Position numbers and translations under genes: made by a program | Notes under the pieces: generated by a model | What the model saw: the letters and a program-made list of their open reading frames with translations, nothing else | Told to the model about the DNA's origin: nothing | The model's database searches: none | Shown here: piece by piece, positions 61,434 through 64,000 of the stretch | How positions within the stretch are numbered: position 1 is the first letter of the stretch | Layout: each line of letters opens with the position of its first letter | Origin: Takakia lepidozioides | Lineage: Eukaryota; Plantae; Bryophyta | Length of the DNA stretch: 64,000 nt | Reading direction: 5' to 3' | Assembly: GCA_030704615.1 (NCBI GenBank) | Contig: CM060732.1 | Location: 54,870,001-54,934,000, forward strand

Positions 61434-61933
61434 NNNNNNNNNNNNNNNNNNNNNNNNNNNNNNNNNNNNNNNNNNNNNNNNNNNNNNNNNNNNNNNNNNN
61501 NNNNNNNNNNNNNNNNNNNNNNNNNNNNNNNNNNNNNNNNNNNNNNNNNNNNNNNNNNNNNNNNNNNNNNNNNNNNNNNNNNNNNNNNNNNNNNNNNNNN
61601 NNNNNNNNNNNNNNNNNNNNNNNNNNNNNNNNNNNNNNNNNNNNNNNNNNNNNNNNNNNNNNNNNNNNNNNNNNNNNNNNNNNNNNNNNNNNNNNNNNNN
61701 NNNNNNNNNNNNNNNNNNNNNNNNNNNNNNNNNNNNNNNNNNNNNNNNNNNNNNNNNNNNNNNNNNNNNNNNNNNNNNNNNNNNNNNNNNNNNNNNNNNN
61801 NNNNNNNNNNNNNNNNNNNNNNNNNNNNNNNNNNNNNNNNNNNNNNNNNNNNNNNNNNNNNNNNNNNNNNNNNNNNNNNNNNNNNNNNNNNNNNNNNNNN
61901 NNNNNNNNNNNNNNNNNNNNNNNNNNNNNNNNN
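61434..61933. other. Assembly gap (500 N)
   Basis: Run of N. Confidence 1.
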
Positions 61934-64000
61934 TATTTTTGAGGAGGATGGTTTGCGATCCCAAACGTGACAACTTCATTCACCAGGCCACTATGAGTTT
62001 CAACGAGGTCGATACTCTTTTGCAGCGGGATACAACACATGGGTAGCATGAACTATGTAATGTGGTATGTGGATGACCATGATTTGAAATGTGTAATTCA
62101 CATCAATTCGTCGGCTGTGCAATGATATGGCCTCCAACTATACGGAGTGAGGTCTGAGTGACAACTTTTAGGTAGTGCACATTTGTCATTGCACCGTTCG
62201 AAGTCTACATGTCTTGCTGTCGCTATGCACTACAATCATCTTTTGAAGATGATCATAACTCTCATTGTTATTTGAGGAGGGAGGAAGTCTTCTCGTGGCA
62301 GCCTTTATGGCGCACACTTTGTGAGGATATTTTGTCGTCTTCGTAATTGTAAAAGTGAAACAAACATTTGTAATTGCACAATGTTGGATGCTGCAATTGT
62401 AGGCCTCAACGCTCGTCTTGATTCTATTTAGGCAAGATTCCCTGCATTAATTCCACGGTCATAGGACCATCCACGGTTATAGGCGGCGCATGTTAATGCT
62501 GACGTGGCAGTTGACGGACAGTGCCACGTCATCATTTACCGCCACATCAGCATGCTGACATGACGCTCACGCCACGTCAGCATGTGTGCAGGCTCACGCC
62601 ACGTCAGCTGGCGTGAGCGTACGCTCGCGCGCTCACGTGCAACGCTCACGCCATTGCGTCGTTGGTGTTGTAGGAAGGAAGCTGCCATGCGCTCAAAGTC
62701 CTCCTCAGTCAATCCGAACAAGTGCTTTCTTCGCACCCCAAAGGTTGGATGTGCCATAGGCATATGTCTGAGGTCTTCAGGCCGTGGGTCATCCATGAGA
62801 ATCAGCTGCACAAGTAGAGGCGGCATATTTTGGACGATTGTGGCTTCAATGGCAACAACAGAGGCGGCTTCTAGAACATGGTTGGCTTCCTCAATAGAAA
62901 ACTCCATGGAATAATGAAAGGGTACAAATGACCACCGGCGGTCCGCAACAATCCGGTGGAGCTCATTATGCCAATCCAAATGGGGATTAATTTCTCTCAC
63001 CCTAAGCCGGGGAAGTGTGAGGTCTTCAGCTCCGGGTCGAATTACCGGTGATGGCGATCGCCAAACTGCAAAAAGCGTCGTGCTATGTGAGAGAAAGACA
63101 GTCTGCTGGTCAGTCTGCTGGTCCGCAGTCTATTGGATGACAGGACTTCCCATTGGCATGGGCTGCATGATGGGCTCCTGGAGAGGAGTCTGCAGGATGA
63201 TAGGCTGCTCGTTGGGAGTATGCTCCGTTGGAGTCTGCTGGATGACAAGCTGCTAAACGGGAGTTTGCTGGATGACGGCCTGCTGAATGGGAGTCTGCTG
63301 GATGGCAGACTCGGCTGTCCCAGACGCATTCCCCCCCGATACGTCTTGAATATGTAATGCCGCTATAGCAGCAGTTGACCCAGGATACTTCAATAATATG
63401 TACTCTCGCACGCGGTCCACTTCCGCACGCACTGCAGTCGCTTGTAAAGGAGCATCATTGTTAGGTATCCGCTAAGCCTGAATGGCCCTATGAATAGAAA
63501 CACGTTCATCCTGGTACACGGCAGAGAACTTGGACGTCAGGAACATGGACGTGGACTCTATATTCACCTCATGCAGCGGACTGGACTCACAGACCAGCAG
63601 ACTGACAGACGTAACGTGCGTACGTAGGGTGGAGGCAACTAGTAGACTGTACCAGTGGACTGGACCAGCGAACTGACAAACGGACTCAGTAAGTAATGCA
63701 GCGATATAAAACAGACTAACTGACGAGCGGAGTGAGCCAGCGGACTGAGGAGAGAACGCAGCGGACTGACCAGACTGAATAGGCAATGTGACCCCGATGA
63801 TGGACTCAAACAGCACAGAGAACATACTGGGCGGTCAGACTGACCATTACCTCCTCTACTTCATCATCATCTTCTTCATCTTCAAAGCTGTTCAACCAGT
63901 TCTGTTCCGCCTATCGGATGAATGTGCGTAGCAGGCCTGACTGGGCAACTTTGTAGAAATAACGGAAGAAGTCTGGATCCCCAATTGGTGGGCACACTGG

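Noticed and set aside
61248-62049. ORFs of 243 and 250 aa
   Set aside because: Artefacts spanning the N gap

Overview
Eukaryotic nuclear DNA from a land plant, probably non-seed (bryophyte/lycophyte/fern-like; inferred from gene and TE types, species not determinable). Host genes: spliced chloroplast CPN10 (771-4454, -), an intact PLS-PPR-E-DYW editing factor fused in frame to the remains of an OSB (organellar ssDNA-binding) gene (4997-8821, +), mitoribosomal DAP3/mS29 (35572-40380, +), and an NRP1-like gene with a pseudogene twin (43270-46703, -). The rest is nested TEs and local repeats: two copies of a tRNA-Met-primed chromovirus, a Dualen/RandI-like LINE remnant, older Gypsy remnants, hAT and Harbinger-like MITEs, and an amplified GLE1 5' fragment forming a foldback and a 179-bp tandem array. 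The standout is an 11.6-kb Ty3/Gypsy element (21475-33056, -, 4-bp TSD GAGC). Its polyprotein carries a DNMT3-like cytosine methyltransferase between protease and RT and a PHD finger after integrase. It has a self-priming-type PBS and circularly permuted LTRs (B-internal-A-GC-B-A), as if a 2-LTR circle had been opened at a CA-GC-TG site inside the LTR and then integrated. All assignments are by eye or from recalled family motifs; no searches were run.
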